A stretch of DNA of 64,000 nt, from NCBI RefSeq assembly GCF_009914755.1, contig NC_060931.1; one strand, written 5' to 3'. Position numbers and translations under genes: made by a program. The stretch is from the human T2T-CHM13v2.0 reference genome, Homo sapiens. Positions 1 through 14,723 of the stretch are shown piece by piece (the stretch's first letter is position 1; each line of letters begins with the position of its first letter). Under the pieces are notes generated by a model, which had not been told where the DNA came from, made no database searches, and was given only the letters and a program-made list of their open reading frames with translations.

Positions 1-373
1 ATTTCCCAGTGATATGAAGGAACAAACTACCAATCCTTTCAATACCATGTATGACTCTCAAAACCATTATACTGAGTAAAAGAAGCCAGATGCCAATAGC
101 CTGTGTACTGTTTGAATACATTTGTATAAAATTCTGGAAAATACAAAACTGTGCTAATAGCAGATCTATGATTGCTCAGAATCACGAAGGGAGGGAATTG
201 TCTGCAAACAAGAAGGAAGGACCATTTCTGAGGTGATGAAAATGTTCTATATTGTGATTACTGTATTTCTTACACAACTATGTATACATTTATCGAAACT
301 CCTCAGATTATACAACTTAAATTTGATCAATTTTAATGTATATAGATTGAACTCAGTAAAACTGAATTTTAAA
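1..373 (+). mobile_element. Ancient L1 (L1MC/ME-like) 3' UTR fragment
   Basis: Motifs aaaagaagccaga, aaattctggaaaatacaaaact and gtgatgaaaatgttctatat are typical of old L1 3' ends. Confidence 0.6.
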
Positions 374-711
374 ATGTGAGATAATAGCTATCGTTAACTT
401 AAAAAGCACCATACGAATTGATTATTGTTGATAGTGATAGTGATGTGAAAAGGACTGTGTCTCTTTAACAAAGGCAGATGTAATCAATGTGAATTTCATT
501 AGCAATCTCTAGATTTTATGGTTCTGTGTACTTTTACTTTTAAAATATTATTATTGACTTTTTACCAGAAAATATTTTCTGTACAATTTCTTGCATCTAA
601 TTTTTTTATCAAACATGAATTTGCAACATAATTTTTGAAAACTCATGTTTCTTGAGTCTACAGCTATAAACAGGACCTTGCCTGTCTTGTTGACCACTGG
701 CATAGTTGGTG

Positions 712-1066
712 TACCTATTGTTGTGTAACATATTACTATAAAATTCAGTGACCTGAAACAACTAACTTTTATTACCTCATGGTTTCTGTGATCCGCTTCC
801 CAGCGAACTCATTTGGGCCCCTCTGCCAGGCCTCTCACAACATGAAAACTGGCTTCTCCAAAAAGTCATACAAGAGAGTGCCCAAGATGCAATCTGCCAT
901 CTTTTTGTAACCTAAAATCTGAAATGACATCCCGTCAGCTCTGTATTTTATTTGATAAAAGTGAGTTAATATGTCCAGCCTACATGCAAGGATAGATAAT
1001 TACATTCAGACTTAAATAAAAGGAGTCAAGGATCACTTGGGTCTATGTTAGAGGCAGCCTATCATA
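712..1066 (-). mobile_element. MLT1-type MaLR LTR, apparently inserted in an L2 3' fragment
   Basis: Starts tacctattgttgtgtaaca and ends ttagaggcagcctatcata, resembling the reverse complement of MLT1 termini. Similar to 39991-40553. Confidence 0.6.
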
Positions 1067-1086
1067 GTACGGATCAATAACTAGTT

Positions 1087-1130
1087 GGATGGATGGATGG
1101 ATGGATGGATGGATGGATGGATGGATGGAT
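1087..1130. repeat. (GGAT)11 microsatellite
   Basis: Perfect tetranucleotide run, probably derived from an L2 (TGAA)n tail. Confidence 0.95.
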
Positions 1131-1770
1131 GTGGAGGGATGGTCAGTCAGGCAGACAGATGATGGGCAAATAGATTAATGCTATACCACAATATAATTTA
1201 ATTTATGTTGCATACCCAACTTAATCCTGAAAAACTTGAGACTATTTAGGAAAGATTGACCAGGATGGTGAGAGGTATAACTATTTTCCTTCTATATATA
1301 AAAGTTAAAATATTCTATAACCCTTTGCCTTTAAAAAAAAAAAAACTTAAAAGACATGGTAATAATTATAAAGCATTTGAAAAAGTGAACTCTGGAAAAA
1401 GGATTAGATTTTTTTTTAACTCCAGACAATCATTCTAGTACTGTCAGCAATTTGGCAAAATTTGATATAAGACAGAGATTTTGTTTCAATTTGAAGAAAT
1501 TTTCAATGATTTATATGTTTGCTCTTCAGTGTCATTCACATTAAACTTTAAATGCTTTCAAGAAACTATCTGCTACCCATGATCAATAACTATGCATTCA
1601 TTTCACTTTTATCCCTAGCATATGGGTTTAATAACTTTGACAGGGAACCATATAACTTCTGATGGTCATAATTTTCTAGGAATTATAACAATAGAAAATA
1701 ATTAATCTGAGGGTCTTAAATATTTATCTTTTTTGGAAAAGGTTAAAATACATAAAAGAAAATATAGGCT

Positions 1771-4700
1771 GGGATCATGGCCGACAGGAGGCAGGACTAG
1801 ATTGCAGCTCTGACTTGGACAGACAGAGCAGGATGTGTAGGCTCTCATCATGAATTTTAGCTCCATAACGACTGCAGGAATAATCAGAAAACCCGAGAGG
1901 ACCCACAGACCCTCTGAAAGAAGCAGATTTCTCCTGCAGGACCCAGGAGACACCCCAAATATTTTGCTAGTATCCATGGCTGAGAGACCCATAGATGGTT
2001 CACATCACAGGACTCTGTGCACACAACCCCCAGTACCAGCCCGGAGCCTGGTGGATTTGCTGGGTGGCTAGATCCAGAAGAGAGATAACAGTAACTACAA
2101 CTTCACTGTTAGGAAGCCATATCCACAGGAAAAGGGGGAGAGTACTACATCAAGGGAGCACCCATGGCACAAAAGAATCTGAACAACAGCCTTCAGCCTT
2201 AGACCTTTCCTCTGACAGAGGCTACCCAAATGAGAAGGAACCAGAAAACCAACTCTGGTAATATGACAAAACAAGGCTGTTTAACACCGCCCCTCCCCCC
2301 CAGAAAAAAAATCACAGTAGCTCACCAACAGTGGATCCAAACCAAGAAGAAATCCCTGATTTACCTGCAAAAGAATTCATATTAGTTATTAAGCTAATCA
2401 GGAAGGCACCAGAGAAAGGCAAAGCCTAATGCAAGGAAATCCAAAAAAAAAACAATACACGAAGTGAAGGGAGAAACATTCAATGAAATAGATAGTATAA
2501 ATAAAAAAACCCCAAAACTTCACAAAACACTGGACACACTTATAGAAATGCAAAATGCTCTGGGAAATCTCAGCAATAGAATTGAACAAGTAGAAGAAAT
2601 TCAGAGCTTGAAGATAAGATCTTCGAATTAACCCAATCCAACAAAGACAAAGAAAAAAGAATATGAAAATATGAACAAAGCCTCCAAGAAGTCTGGGATT
2701 ATGTTAATCCACCAAACCTAAGAATAATCAGCGTTCCTGAGGAAGAAGACAAATCTAAACGTTTGGACAACATATTTGGGGAAATAATTGAGGAAAACTT
2801 CCCAGGCCTTGCTAGAGACCTAGACATCAAAATACAAGAAACAGAAAGAACACCTGGGAAATTCATTGCAAAAAGATTATCACCCAGGCGCATTGTCATC
2901 AGGTTAACTAAAGTTAAGATGAAGGAAAGAATCTTAAGAGCTGTGAGACAAAAGTACCAGGTAACCTGTAAGGCAAAACCTATCAGATTAATGGCAGACT
3001 TCTCAGCAGAAACCCTACAAGCTAGAAGGGATTGGGGCCCAATCTTGAGCCTCCTCAAACAAAACAATGATCACCCAAGAATTTTGTATCTAGTGAAACT
3101 AAGCATCAAATATGAAGGAAAGATACAGTCTTTTTCAGACAAACAAATGCCAAGAGAATTCACCACTAACAAGCCACCACTACAAGAACTGCTAAAAGAA
3201 GCTCTAAATCTTGAAACAAATCATGGAAACGCATCAAAACAAAATGTCATTAAAGCATAAATCTCACAGGACCAACAAAACAAAAATACAAGTTAACAAA
3301 CAAACAAAAACCAGGGTACACAGGCAACAAATAGCATGACGTATGGAATGGTACCTCACACATCTCAATACTAACATTGAATGTAAATGGCCTAAATGCT
3401 CCACTTTAAAGAAACAGAACAGCAGAATGGGTAAGAATTCACCAACCAACTATCTGCTGCCTTCAAGAGACTCACCTAACACATAAAGACTCACATAAAC
3501 TTAAAGAAGCAGAAAAAGGCATTTCATGCAAATGGACACCAAAAGCGAGGAGTAGCTATTCTTACAAAAGACAAAACTTTAAAGCAACAGCAATTAAAAA
3601 AAAGACAAAGAGGGACATTATATAATGGTAAAAGGCTTTGTCCAACAGGAAAATATCACAATCCTAAACATATTTGGGAGCTGCACACCTAAAAGAGGAG
3701 CTCCCAAATTTATAAAACAATTACTGCTAGACCTAAGAAATGAGATAGACAACAACACAGTAATAGTGGGGGACTTCAGTACTCCACTGACAGCACTAGA
3801 CAGGTCATCAAGACTGAAAGTCAACAAAGAAACAATGGATTTAAACTATACCTTGGAACAAATAGACTTAACAGATATATACAGAACATTCCATCCAAAG
3901 CCACAGAATATACATTCTATTCAACAGTGCATGGAACTTTCTCCAAGATAGACCATGTGATAGACCACAAAATGAGCCTCAATAAATTTAAGAAAATTGA
4001 AATTATGTCAAGCACTCTTTCTGACCACAGTGTAATAAAGCTGGAAATCAACTCCAATATAAACCTTCAAAACCATGCAAATACATGGAAATTAAATAAC
4101 CTGCTCCTGAATGATCATTGGGTCAAAAATGAAATCAAGATGAAAACTTAAAAATTCTTCAAACTGAATGACAGCAGTGACACAACTTATCAAAACCTCA
4201 GGGATACAGCAAATGTGGTGCTAAGAGGAAAGTTCATGGCCCTAAACACCTACATCAAAAAGACTGAAAGAGCACAAACTGATCATCTAAGGTCACACCT
4301 CAGGGAACTAGAGAAACAAGAACAAACCAAACCCAAACCCAGAAAAAGAAGGGAAATAACCAAGATCAGAGCAGAACTAAATGAAATTGAAAGAAAAAAA
4401 ATACAAAAGATAAATGAAAAGTTGGTTTTTTGAAAAGATAAATAAAATTGATAGACCATTAGCAACATTAACCAAGAAAAGAAGAGAGAAAATCCAAATA
4501 ACCTCAATAAGAAACAAAACGGGAGCTATTATAACTGACACCACAGAAATACAAAAGATCATTCAAGGCTACTATGAATAACTTTATGTGCATACACTAG
4601 AAAACCTAGAAGAGATGGATAAATTCTTTGTAAGATACAACCCTCCTAGCTTAAATCAGGAAGAATTAGATACCCTGAACACTCCAATAACAAGTAGTGA

Positions 4701-7700
4701 GATTGAAATGGTAATTTAAAAATTACCAACAAAGAAATGTCCAGGACCAGAGAGATTCACAGCAGAATTCTATCAGACATTCAAAGAAGAATTGGTACCA
4801 ATCCTATTGACACAATTCCAGATAGAGAAAGAGGGAACCCTCCCTAAATCATTCTATGAAGCCGGCATCACCCTAATATCAAGACCAGAAAAGGACATAA
4901 CCAAAAAAGAAACTGAAGACCAATATCTCTAATGAACACAGATGCCAAAATCCTTAACAAAATACTAGTTATCCAAATCCAACAGCATATCAAAAAGCCA
5001 ATCCACCATGATCAAGTGGGTTTCATACTAGGGATGCAGGGATGGCTTAACATACATAAGTGAATAGATGTGATACACTACATAAACAGAATTAAAAACA
5101 AAAATTACAAGATCATCTCAATAGATGCAGAAAAAGCATTCAACAGACTTCAGCATTCCTTTATAATTAAAACTCACAGTAACATTGGCATGCAAGGGAC
5201 ATACCTCAATGTAGTAAAAGCCATCTATGACAAACCCACAGCCATCATAATACTCAATGGTGAAAAGTTGAAAGCATTCCCTCTGAGAACTGGAACAAGA
5301 CAAGGATGCCCACTCTCACCACTCCCCTTCAACATAGTACTGGAAGTCCTAGCCAGGGCAATCAGAGAGGAGAAATAAAGGGCATCCAAATCCATAAAGA
5401 GGAAGTCAGAAGTGTCACTGTTTGCTGATGATATGATCATTTACTTCAAAAACCCTAAAGACTCCTCCAGAAAACTCCTAGAACTGATAAAAGAATTCAG
5501 CAAAGTTTCTGGATACAAAATTAATATACACAAATCACTATCTCTTCTATATACCAGTAGCAACAAAGTGGAGTATCAAATCAAGAACTCAACCCCTTTT
5601 ACAATAGCTGCAAAAAAAAAAAAAAAAAATACGTAGGAATATACCTAACCAAGAAGGGGAAAGACCTCTACAAGGAAAACTACAAAACCTGCTGAAAGAA
5701 ATCATAGATGACACAAACAAATGGAAACACGTCCCGTGCTCATTGATAGGTAGAATCAATATTGTGAAAATGACCATACTGACAAAAGCAATCTCCAAAT
5801 GCAATGCAATTCCCATCAAAATACCACCATCATTCTTCACAGAATTAGGAAAAAACAATTCTAAAATTCATATGGAACCAAAAAAGCCTGTATAGCCAAA
5901 GCAAGACTAAGCAAAAAGAACAAATCTGGAGCCATCACATTACCTGACTTCAAACTATACTATAAGGCCATAGTCACCAAAACAGCATGGTACTGGTATA
6001 AAAATAGGCATATAGACCAATGGAACAGAATAGAGAACCCAGGAATAAACCCAAATACTTACAGCCTACTGATTTTCGACAAAGCAAACAAAACCATAAA
6101 ATGGGGAATGGACACCCTTTTTAACAAATGGTGCTGGGATACAGATTGGCTAGCTACCTGTAGGAGAATGAAACTGGATCCTCATCTCTCACCTTATATA
6201 AAAATCAACTCAAGATGGATTAAGGACTTTAAGAGCCAAAAGTATAAGAATTCTAGAAAATAACATTGGAAAAACCCTTCTAGACATTGGCTTAGGCAGT
6301 TTTGGGTTTCATGACCAAGAACCCAAAAGCAAATGCAATAAAAACGAAGATAAATAGCTGTGACTTAATTAAACTAAAGAGATTTTGCACAGCCAAAGTC
6401 ACAGTCAGCAGAGTAAACAGACAACCCACAGAGTGGGAGAAAATCTTTGCCATCTACACATCTGACATAGGACTAATATCCAGAATCTACGACAATCTCA
6501 AACAAATCAGCAAGAAAAAAAATCCCATCAAAAAGTGGGCTAAGGACATACACAGTTCTCAAAACAAAAGAAGATATACAAATGGCCAAAAAACATGAAA
6601 AAATGCTCAACATCACTAATAATCGGGGAAATGCAAATCAAAACCACAGTGTGATACCACCTTACTCCTGCAAGAATTGGGCATAATCAAAAAATAAAAA
6701 AACTGATGTTGACTGACATGGATGCAGTGATCATGGAACACTTCTACACTGCTGGTGGGAATGTAAACTAGTACAACCACTATGGAAAACAGTGTGGAGA
6801 GTTCTTAAAGGCCTAAAAGTAGAACTACCATGTGATCCAGCAATCCCACTACTGGATATCTACCCAGAGGAAAAGAAGTCATTACATGATAAAGATACTT
6901 GCACACACACTTTTATAGCAACACAGTTCACAACTGCAACATCATGGAGCCAACGCAAATGCCCATCAATCAAAGAGTCGATATAGAAACTGTGATATAT
7001 ATATAGATATATCTATCTATATATATAGAATATATATAGAATATATAGAGAAAATATATAGAATATATATAGTATATAGAGAATATATATAGAATATATA
7101 GGGAGAATATATATTCCATCATATATATAGAATAGAGAGAATATATATAGAATATATATATAGAATATATAGAATATATATAGTATATATAGAATATGTA
7201 TGGAATATATAGAGAGAATAGAGAGAATATATATATTCCATCATATATATAGAATATAGAGAATATATATATTCCATCATATATATAGAATATATATAGA
7301 GAATATATATATTCCATCATATATATAGAATATATATAGAGAATATATATATTCCATCATATATATATAGAATATAGAGAGAGAATATATATAGAATATA
7401 TATATATTCCATCACATATATATAGAATATATATATTCTGTCACACATATATATTCCATCACATATATATAGAATATATATATTCCGTCACATATATATA
7501 GAATATATATATATTCCGTCACATATATATAGAATATATATATATTCCGTCACATATATATAGAATATATATATATTCCGTCACATATATATAGAATATA
7601 TATATATTCCGTCACATATATATAGAATATATATATATTCCGTCACATATATATAGAATATATATATATTCCATCATATATATATACATATATGATAGAA

Positions 7701-8048
7701 TACTACTCAACCATATAAAGGAATGAATTAATGGCATTCACGGCAACCTCGATGAGATTGGAGACTATTATACTAAGTGAAGTAACTCAGAAACAGAAAA
7801 ACCAAACATTGTATGTTCTCACTGATATGTGGGGGCTAAGCTATGAGGATGTAAAGGCATAAGAATGATACAATGGACTCTGGGGACTTGGGAAGGTTGG
7901 GGTGGCAAGGGATAAAAGACTACAAATAGGGTGCAGTGTATACTGCTGGGTGATGGGTGCACCAAAATCTCACAAATCACTAAAGGACTTACTCATGTAA
8001 CCAAACACCACCTGTACCCCAATAAACTGAAAAATAAAAAAATAAAAA
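1771..8048 (+). mobile_element. Near full-length decayed L1PB (L1PB1-like 3' end), sense to PPP1R9A
   Basis: 5' UTR gggatcatggccgacaggaggcaggactag. ORF1 remnant 2763..3260. Endonuclease and RT remnants 3625..5636 (GCPLSP, LFADDM). 3' UTR ctaagctatgaggatg...caccacctgtacccc and A tail. Many stops and frameshifts. Confidence 0.93.
6981..7702. repeat. AT-rich minisatellite inside L1PB; core is 6 perfect copies of a 31-bp unit (7481-7666)
   Basis: Unit tattccgtcacatatatatagaatatatata repeats with period 31. Degenerate copies lie upstream. Confidence 0.93.
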
Positions 8049-8058
8049 TGTATATATA

Positions 8059-8220
8059 GGCTAGGTGCAGTGACTCACACCTGTAATCCCAACACTTGGG
8101 AGCCAAGGCAAGAGGGTTGCTTGAGACAGGAGTTCAAGGCTGCAGTGAGCAATGATGGCACCACTGCACTCCAGCCTGGGCAACAGAATGAGACCCTGTC
8201 TCAAAATAAAATAAAATATA
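8059..8220 (+). mobile_element. Alu monomer (FRAM/FAM-like)
   Basis: About 145-nt single arm ggctaggtgcagtgactcacacctg...gagaccctgtctc followed by an A tail. Confidence 0.8.
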
Positions 8221-8990
8221 AATGAATGACACATGAGTTTTTTAATAGATATGCACGTTTATATTTGGATATACACCTGGATGTGTAATTTCTATACATG
8301 GAAGCTTTTGTTTCTTTTATATTTACTTAAGATCATTTCCATTTGAAATGCAATAAACCTCAAAATGTTTTTACTTTATTTATATCATTTCATTGTTTTT
8401 GTTGCCACTATAGTACAAGGGGCAATTGAGAATTTCACTTTTTATTAGAGCTTTTAGTTTTGTGATTTTGAATAATAAAGTGTTATATGCAGTGGAGGGC
8501 AGTGAGGGAATCTTCATATTCATGGAAATCATCCACCATTGTGGATTTTGTACTTATTCCTAAGACTACCGCTTGCCCTAAGATGAGAGAAGCAACTACT
8601 ATGGATTTTGGATCATGGATGTTAGATCTCCTTAATGTTGAATATATCAGAATGGCCAACAACCACTGTTGAGAGAAAGAGTAAAACCAGCAAGGATTTC
8701 AAAAAAACTAATTAAATGTGATTTTGCCTTGATGAGGCATTTTCTGGTGTCACTATATACAGATTAACATTTTGCAAACTACCTTTTTAATGTTCATATA
8801 CATTAATATTTAAACCTAAGACATCAAGGCTAACTACTAAGCAGAGAAATGTTGTTCCTGGAAGGGATGTAGTATTTTTGGAAAATATCTTAAGTTTATG
8901 CCTGTTAAATAGTGTGTAGTTCTTGAAGTAGCATGTGTTAGGCAATTTTTTTTTTTAAGAATTCAACTTTTTGTTTACAATGAAATATAG

Positions 8991-9610
<620 letters not shown>

Positions 9611-9706
9611 AAAAATATTCTTATAATTAGTATTGGGTTAGATAGGAAATTCATTTCAAAGAACTAATGCCTATAATTAAATTTAAATATTTCAGATCCA
9701 GCTTTC

Positions 9707-9793
9707 TTTATTTTAAAAATTTTTTATTTTATTCTATTTTATTTTATTTTTAAATGGAGTCTCACCATGTCACCCAGGCTGGAGTGCAGTGGC
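9707..9793 (-). mobile_element. Severely 5'-truncated Alu (about 40 nt plus tail)
   Basis: atggagtctcaccatgtcacccaggctggagtgcagtggc flanked by a 14-bp TSD cagatccagctttc at 9693-9706 and 9794-9807. Confidence 0.88.
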
Positions 9794-10890
9794 CAGATCC
9801 AGCTTTCAAAAGCAATCATCTTCATAGATGAATTTTTAAATTTTTTAATGTTAAGTATGTAGTAAGGTATATTAATCTAGCTCTCAATATAGAAAGGAAA
9901 AATATGTAAGAATATGCAGTTACAAATAAGGAGCAAGAGTTTGGTTGTCTAGGACTTTTAACTCTTAACTACTGTCAGCAAACTAGTGAAAGTGGCTGGA
10001 GTTAAATTTACCACTACATGCTCATCGAAATCAAGTTAAATATTAAAAAGCTATCAAATTCAGAGAAAAGCCATTTAATATAATCAAACAGAAACAATTA
10101 GGCACTGTGCTTTTCTAAAACACTCTAGGATCTTGTGACCCATAGTTCACGAGGGTATTCCAATATTCAAGTATAAGTTGTGTGCATCTGTTTTTATTTT
10201 TTAGAGATATATGTTTCAGGTATTAAATGTACATACAATAAATATTTGTTTGAATGAAATTATTTGTTATATAAGAACTGGTAACTATATCCTGGTGTAG
10301 CTTTTTCATTTAAAAAAATTATTTCATTTTATTTATTTATTTATGTCAGTAGTTTTGGGGGAACAGGTGGTGTTTGGTTGCATGAAAAAGTTCTTTAGTA
10401 GTGATTTCTGAGATTTTGGTGCACCCATCACCCAAGCAGTGTACACTGTTCCCAATGTGTAGTCTGTTATCCCTCATCCCACTCCCACCTTTCCTCCCAA
10501 GTCCCCATAGTCCCTTATAACGTTTTTATGCCTTTGCATCTTCATAGCTTAGCTCCCACATATAAGTGAGAACATATGATGTTTGGTTTTTCATTACTGA
10601 GTTACTTTACTTAGAATAATGGTGTCCAACTCCATCCAGGTTGCTGCAAATGTCATTATTTTCTTCCTTTTTATAGCTCAGTAGTATTCCATGCTGTATA
10701 TATATGTACCAGCTTTTCTTTATCCACTCATTGATAGATGGCATTTAGGGTGTTCTATCTTTTTGCAGTTGAGAATTCTGCTGCAATAAACGTGAGTGTG
10801 TGGGTGTCTTTTTCATATAATGACTTTCTTTTGTCTGTGTAGCTACCTGGTAGTTAAATTGCTAGGTCAAATAGTAGTTCTACTTTTAAG

Positions 10891-10968
10891 TTTTTTTTTT
10901 TTTAATTTATTTATTTTTATTATACTTTAAGTTTTAGGGTACATGTGCACATTGTGCAGGTTAGTTAC
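10891..10968 (-). mobile_element. Tiny young L1 3' end (L1PA2/L1HS-like) nested in L1PB
   Basis: T tail followed by ttatactttaagttttagggtacatgtgcacattgtgcaggttagttac. Confidence 0.85.
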
Positions 10969-13900
10969 TCCATACTGTTTTCCATTGTGGTTATACTAGA
11001 TTACATTCCCACCAGCCGTGTAAAAGTGTTCCCTTTTCACCACATCCATGCCAACATCTATGTTTTTTGTCTTTTAATTATGGCCATTCTTTCAGGAGTA
11101 AGGTGGTATCACACTGTGGTTTCGGTTTGCATTTCCCTGATCATTAGTGATGTTGAGCATTTTTTCATACATTTGTTAGCCACTTATATATATCTTCTTT
11201 GAGAACTGTCTATTCATGTCCCTAGCCCACTTTTTTATGGGATTTTTTTTTTGTCTTACTGATTGGCATTCTCTATAGATTCTGGGTATTAGTCCTGTGT
11301 CGGATGTATAGATGGCAAAGATTTTCTCCCACTCTTGGGGTTTTCTGTTTACTCTGCTGAAAACATTCTTTGCTGTGCAGAAGCTTTTTAGTTTAATTAG
11401 GTCCCATCTATTTACCTTTGTTTTTGTTGCATTTGCTTTTGGATTCTTGGTCATGAACTCTTTGCCTAAGCCAATGTCTAGAAGAGTTTTTTCCAGTGTT
11501 ATCTAGAATTTTTATGGTTTCAGATCTTAGATTTAAGTCTTTGATCCATCTTGAATTGATTTTTGTATAAGGTGAGAGGTGAGGATGCAGTTTCATTCTT
11601 CTACATGTGGCTTTCCAATTACCCCAACACCTTTTGTTGAATAGGGTATCCTTTCCCCACTTCATGTTTTTGTTTGCTTTGTCAAACATCAGTTGGCTGT
11701 AAATATTTGGGTTTATTTCTGGGTTCTCTATTCTGTTCCTTTTTTCTACATGCCTATTTTTATACCAGTACCATGCTGTTTTGGTATAGCCATGTAGTAT
11801 AATTTGAAGTCAGGTAATGTGATGCCTCCAGATTTGTTCTTTTTGCTTATTCTTGCTTTGGCTATGCAGGCTCTTTTTTTGTTCCATAGAAATTTTTAGG
11901 ATTTTTTTTTTCTAGTTCTGTGAAGAATGATGATAGTGTTTTGATAGGAATTGCATTGAATTTGTAGATTGCTTTTGGCAGTGTGGTCATTTTCACAATA
12001 TTGATTCTACCAATCCGTGAGCATGGGATATGTTTCCATTCATTTGTGCCATCTATGATTTCCTTCAGCAACGTTTTGTAGTTTTCCTTGTAGAGATCTT
12101 TCGAAACTCCCTAAATATTTTTTTAGGAGGGTGAGGAGCTGTTGTAAAAAAGGTTGAGTTCTTGATTTGATTCTCAGCTTGGTCGATATTGGTGTACAGC
12201 AGTGCTACTGATTTGTGTACATTCATTTTGCATCCTGAAATCTTACTGAACTTATTTGTCAGATCCAGGAGCTTTTTGAATGAGTATTTAGTGTTTTCTA
12301 GGTAAACGATCATATCATCTGCAAACAGCGACAGTTTGACTTCCTCTTTACCAATTTGGATACCCTTTATTTATTTCTTTTGTCTGATTGCTATGGCTAG
12401 AACTTTTCAGTACTATGTTGAATAGAAGTGGTCAAAGTGGGCATCTTTTTCTTGTTCTAGTTCTCAGGAGGAATGCTTTCAACTTTTCCCCATTCAGTGT
12501 AATGTTGTCTGTGGGTTTGTCATAGATGGCTTTTATTACCTTAAGGTATGGCTCTTTTATGCCAATTTTGCTGAGGGTTTTAATTGTAAAGGGATGCTGG
12601 ATTTTGTCAGTGCTTTTCCTGCATCTGTTGATTATATGATTTTGTTTTTAATTCTGTTTATGTGGTGTGTCTCATTTATTGACTTGTATATATTAAATCA
12701 TCCCTGCATCTCTGATTTGAAGCTCACTTGATCATGGTGGATTATCTTTTTGATATGCTGTTGGATTTGGTTTACTAGTATTTTATTGAGGATTTTTGCA
12801 TCTATGTTCATCAGGAATGTTGGTCTGTAGTTTTCTTTTTTTGTTCTGTCCTTTCCTGGTTCTGGTATTAGGGTGATACTGGCTTTATATGATGATTTAG
12901 GGAGGATTCCCTTCTTCTCTGTCTTTTGGACTAGTTTCAGAAAGGTTGGTACCAATTATTCTTTAAACACCTGACAGAATTCATCTGTGAATCCTTCTGG
13001 TCCTGGACTTTTGTTGTAGTTGTTGGCAGTTTTTAAAATTACTATTTCAATCTTATTACTCATTATTGATCTGATCAGAGTTTTCATTTCTTCCTGATTT
13101 AATCTAGGAGGGTTGTATATTTTCAGGAATTTATCCATTTCCTCTAGATTTTCTAGATTCATGCATAAAGGTGTTTATAGTAGCCTTGAATGATCTTTTG
13201 TATTTCTGTGGTATTGGTTGCAGTATCTCCCATTTCATTTCTAATTGAGCTTATTCGGATATTTTCTCTTCTTGGTTAGTTGCACTAATGGTCTATCAAT
13301 TTTGTTCATCTTTTCAAAAACCCAGCTTTTTATTTCATTGATTTTTTGTATTTTTTGTTGTTTGTTTCAATTTCATTTAGTTCTGCTCTAATGTTGGTTC
13401 TTTTCTTCTGCTGGGTTTGGATTTTGTTCTTTCTCTAGTTCCTTGAGTTGTGTCCTTAGATTGTCTGTTTGTGCTCTGTTGGACTTTTTGATGTAGGCAG
13501 TTAATGCTATGAACTTTCCTCCTAGCACTGCTTTTGCTGTGTCCTAGAAGTTTTAATATGTTGTGTCACTATTATTGTTTAGTTCAAAGAATGTTTAAAT
13601 TTCTATCTTGATTTCATTGTTGACCCAAAGATCATTCAGGACCAGATTATTTTATTTGCCTGTATTTGTTTAGTTTTGAGGGTTTTTTTTGAGTCGATTT
13701 CCAGTTTTATTCCCCTGTGGTCTGAGAGGGCACTGGATATAATTTTGATTTTCCTTAATTTATTGAGACTTGTTTAATTTATTAATTTATTGGTCTATCT
13801 TCGAGAATTTTCCATGTGCTGATGAAAAAAATGTATACTCTGCAGTTGTTGGGTAGAATGTTCTCTAAATATCTGTTAAGTCCATTTGAAGTCCATTATT

Positions 13901-14415
13901 TTGTTGACTTTCTCTCTTAATGACCTGTCTAGTGCTGTCAGGTGAGTATTGAAGTCCCCTATTATTGGGTTGCCATCTATCTCATTTCTTATATCTAGTA
14001 ATAATTGTTTTATAAATTTAGGAGTGCTGCGTTAGGTACATACATATTTAGGATTGTGATATTTTCCTGTTGGACTAGTCCTTTCATCATTGTATGATTT
14101 CCCTCTTTGTCTTTTTTAACTGTTGTTGCTTTAAAGTCTGTTTTGTCTGATATAAGAATGGCTATTCCTGATTGCTTTTCGTTTCCATTTACATGAAATA
14201 TCTTTTTCCACCCCTTTACCTTAAGTTTATGTGAATCCTTATGCCTTAGGTAAGTCTCTTGAAGATAGCATATACTTGGTTGGTGGATTTTTAATCCATT
14301 CTACCATTCTGTATCTTTTAAGTGGAGCCTTTAGGTCATTTACACTCAGTGTTAGTATTGGGATGTGAGGTACTATTTTATTCATCACACTAGTTATTGC
14401 CTGAATACTTTGTTT

Positions 14416-14723
14416 GTTTGTTTGTTTTTGTTTGTGTGTGTGTGTGTGTCTGTGTTGTGTTTTGTTTTTTTTTTTTTTTTGAGACAGAATCTCACTCTGT
14501 TGCCTAGGCTGGAGTGCAGTGGTGCAATCTCGGCTCACTGTAACCTCTGCCTCCTGGGTTCAAGTGATTCTACTTCCTCAGCCTCCTGAGTAGCTGGGAT
14601 TACAGGCACCTGCCACTGCACCTGGATAATTTTTGTAGTTTTAGTAGAGATAGGGTTTTACCATCTTGGCCAGGCTGGTCTTGAATTCCTGACATAGTGA
14701 TCCATCTGCCTCAGCCTCCCAAA
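14416..14723 (-). mobile_element. AluS, slightly 5'-truncated, tail decayed into (GTTT)n/(GT)n; nested in L1PB
   Basis: TSD gaatactttgttt at 14403-14415 and 14724-14736. Confidence 0.9.

Noticed and set aside
6970-7320. Tyr/Ile-rich 116-aa ORF
   Set aside because: Product of the TA-rich minisatellite.
7481-7666. 31-bp periodic array resembling CRISPR repeats
   Set aside because: Head-to-tail identical units with no unique spacers, inside an L1, and no cas genes.
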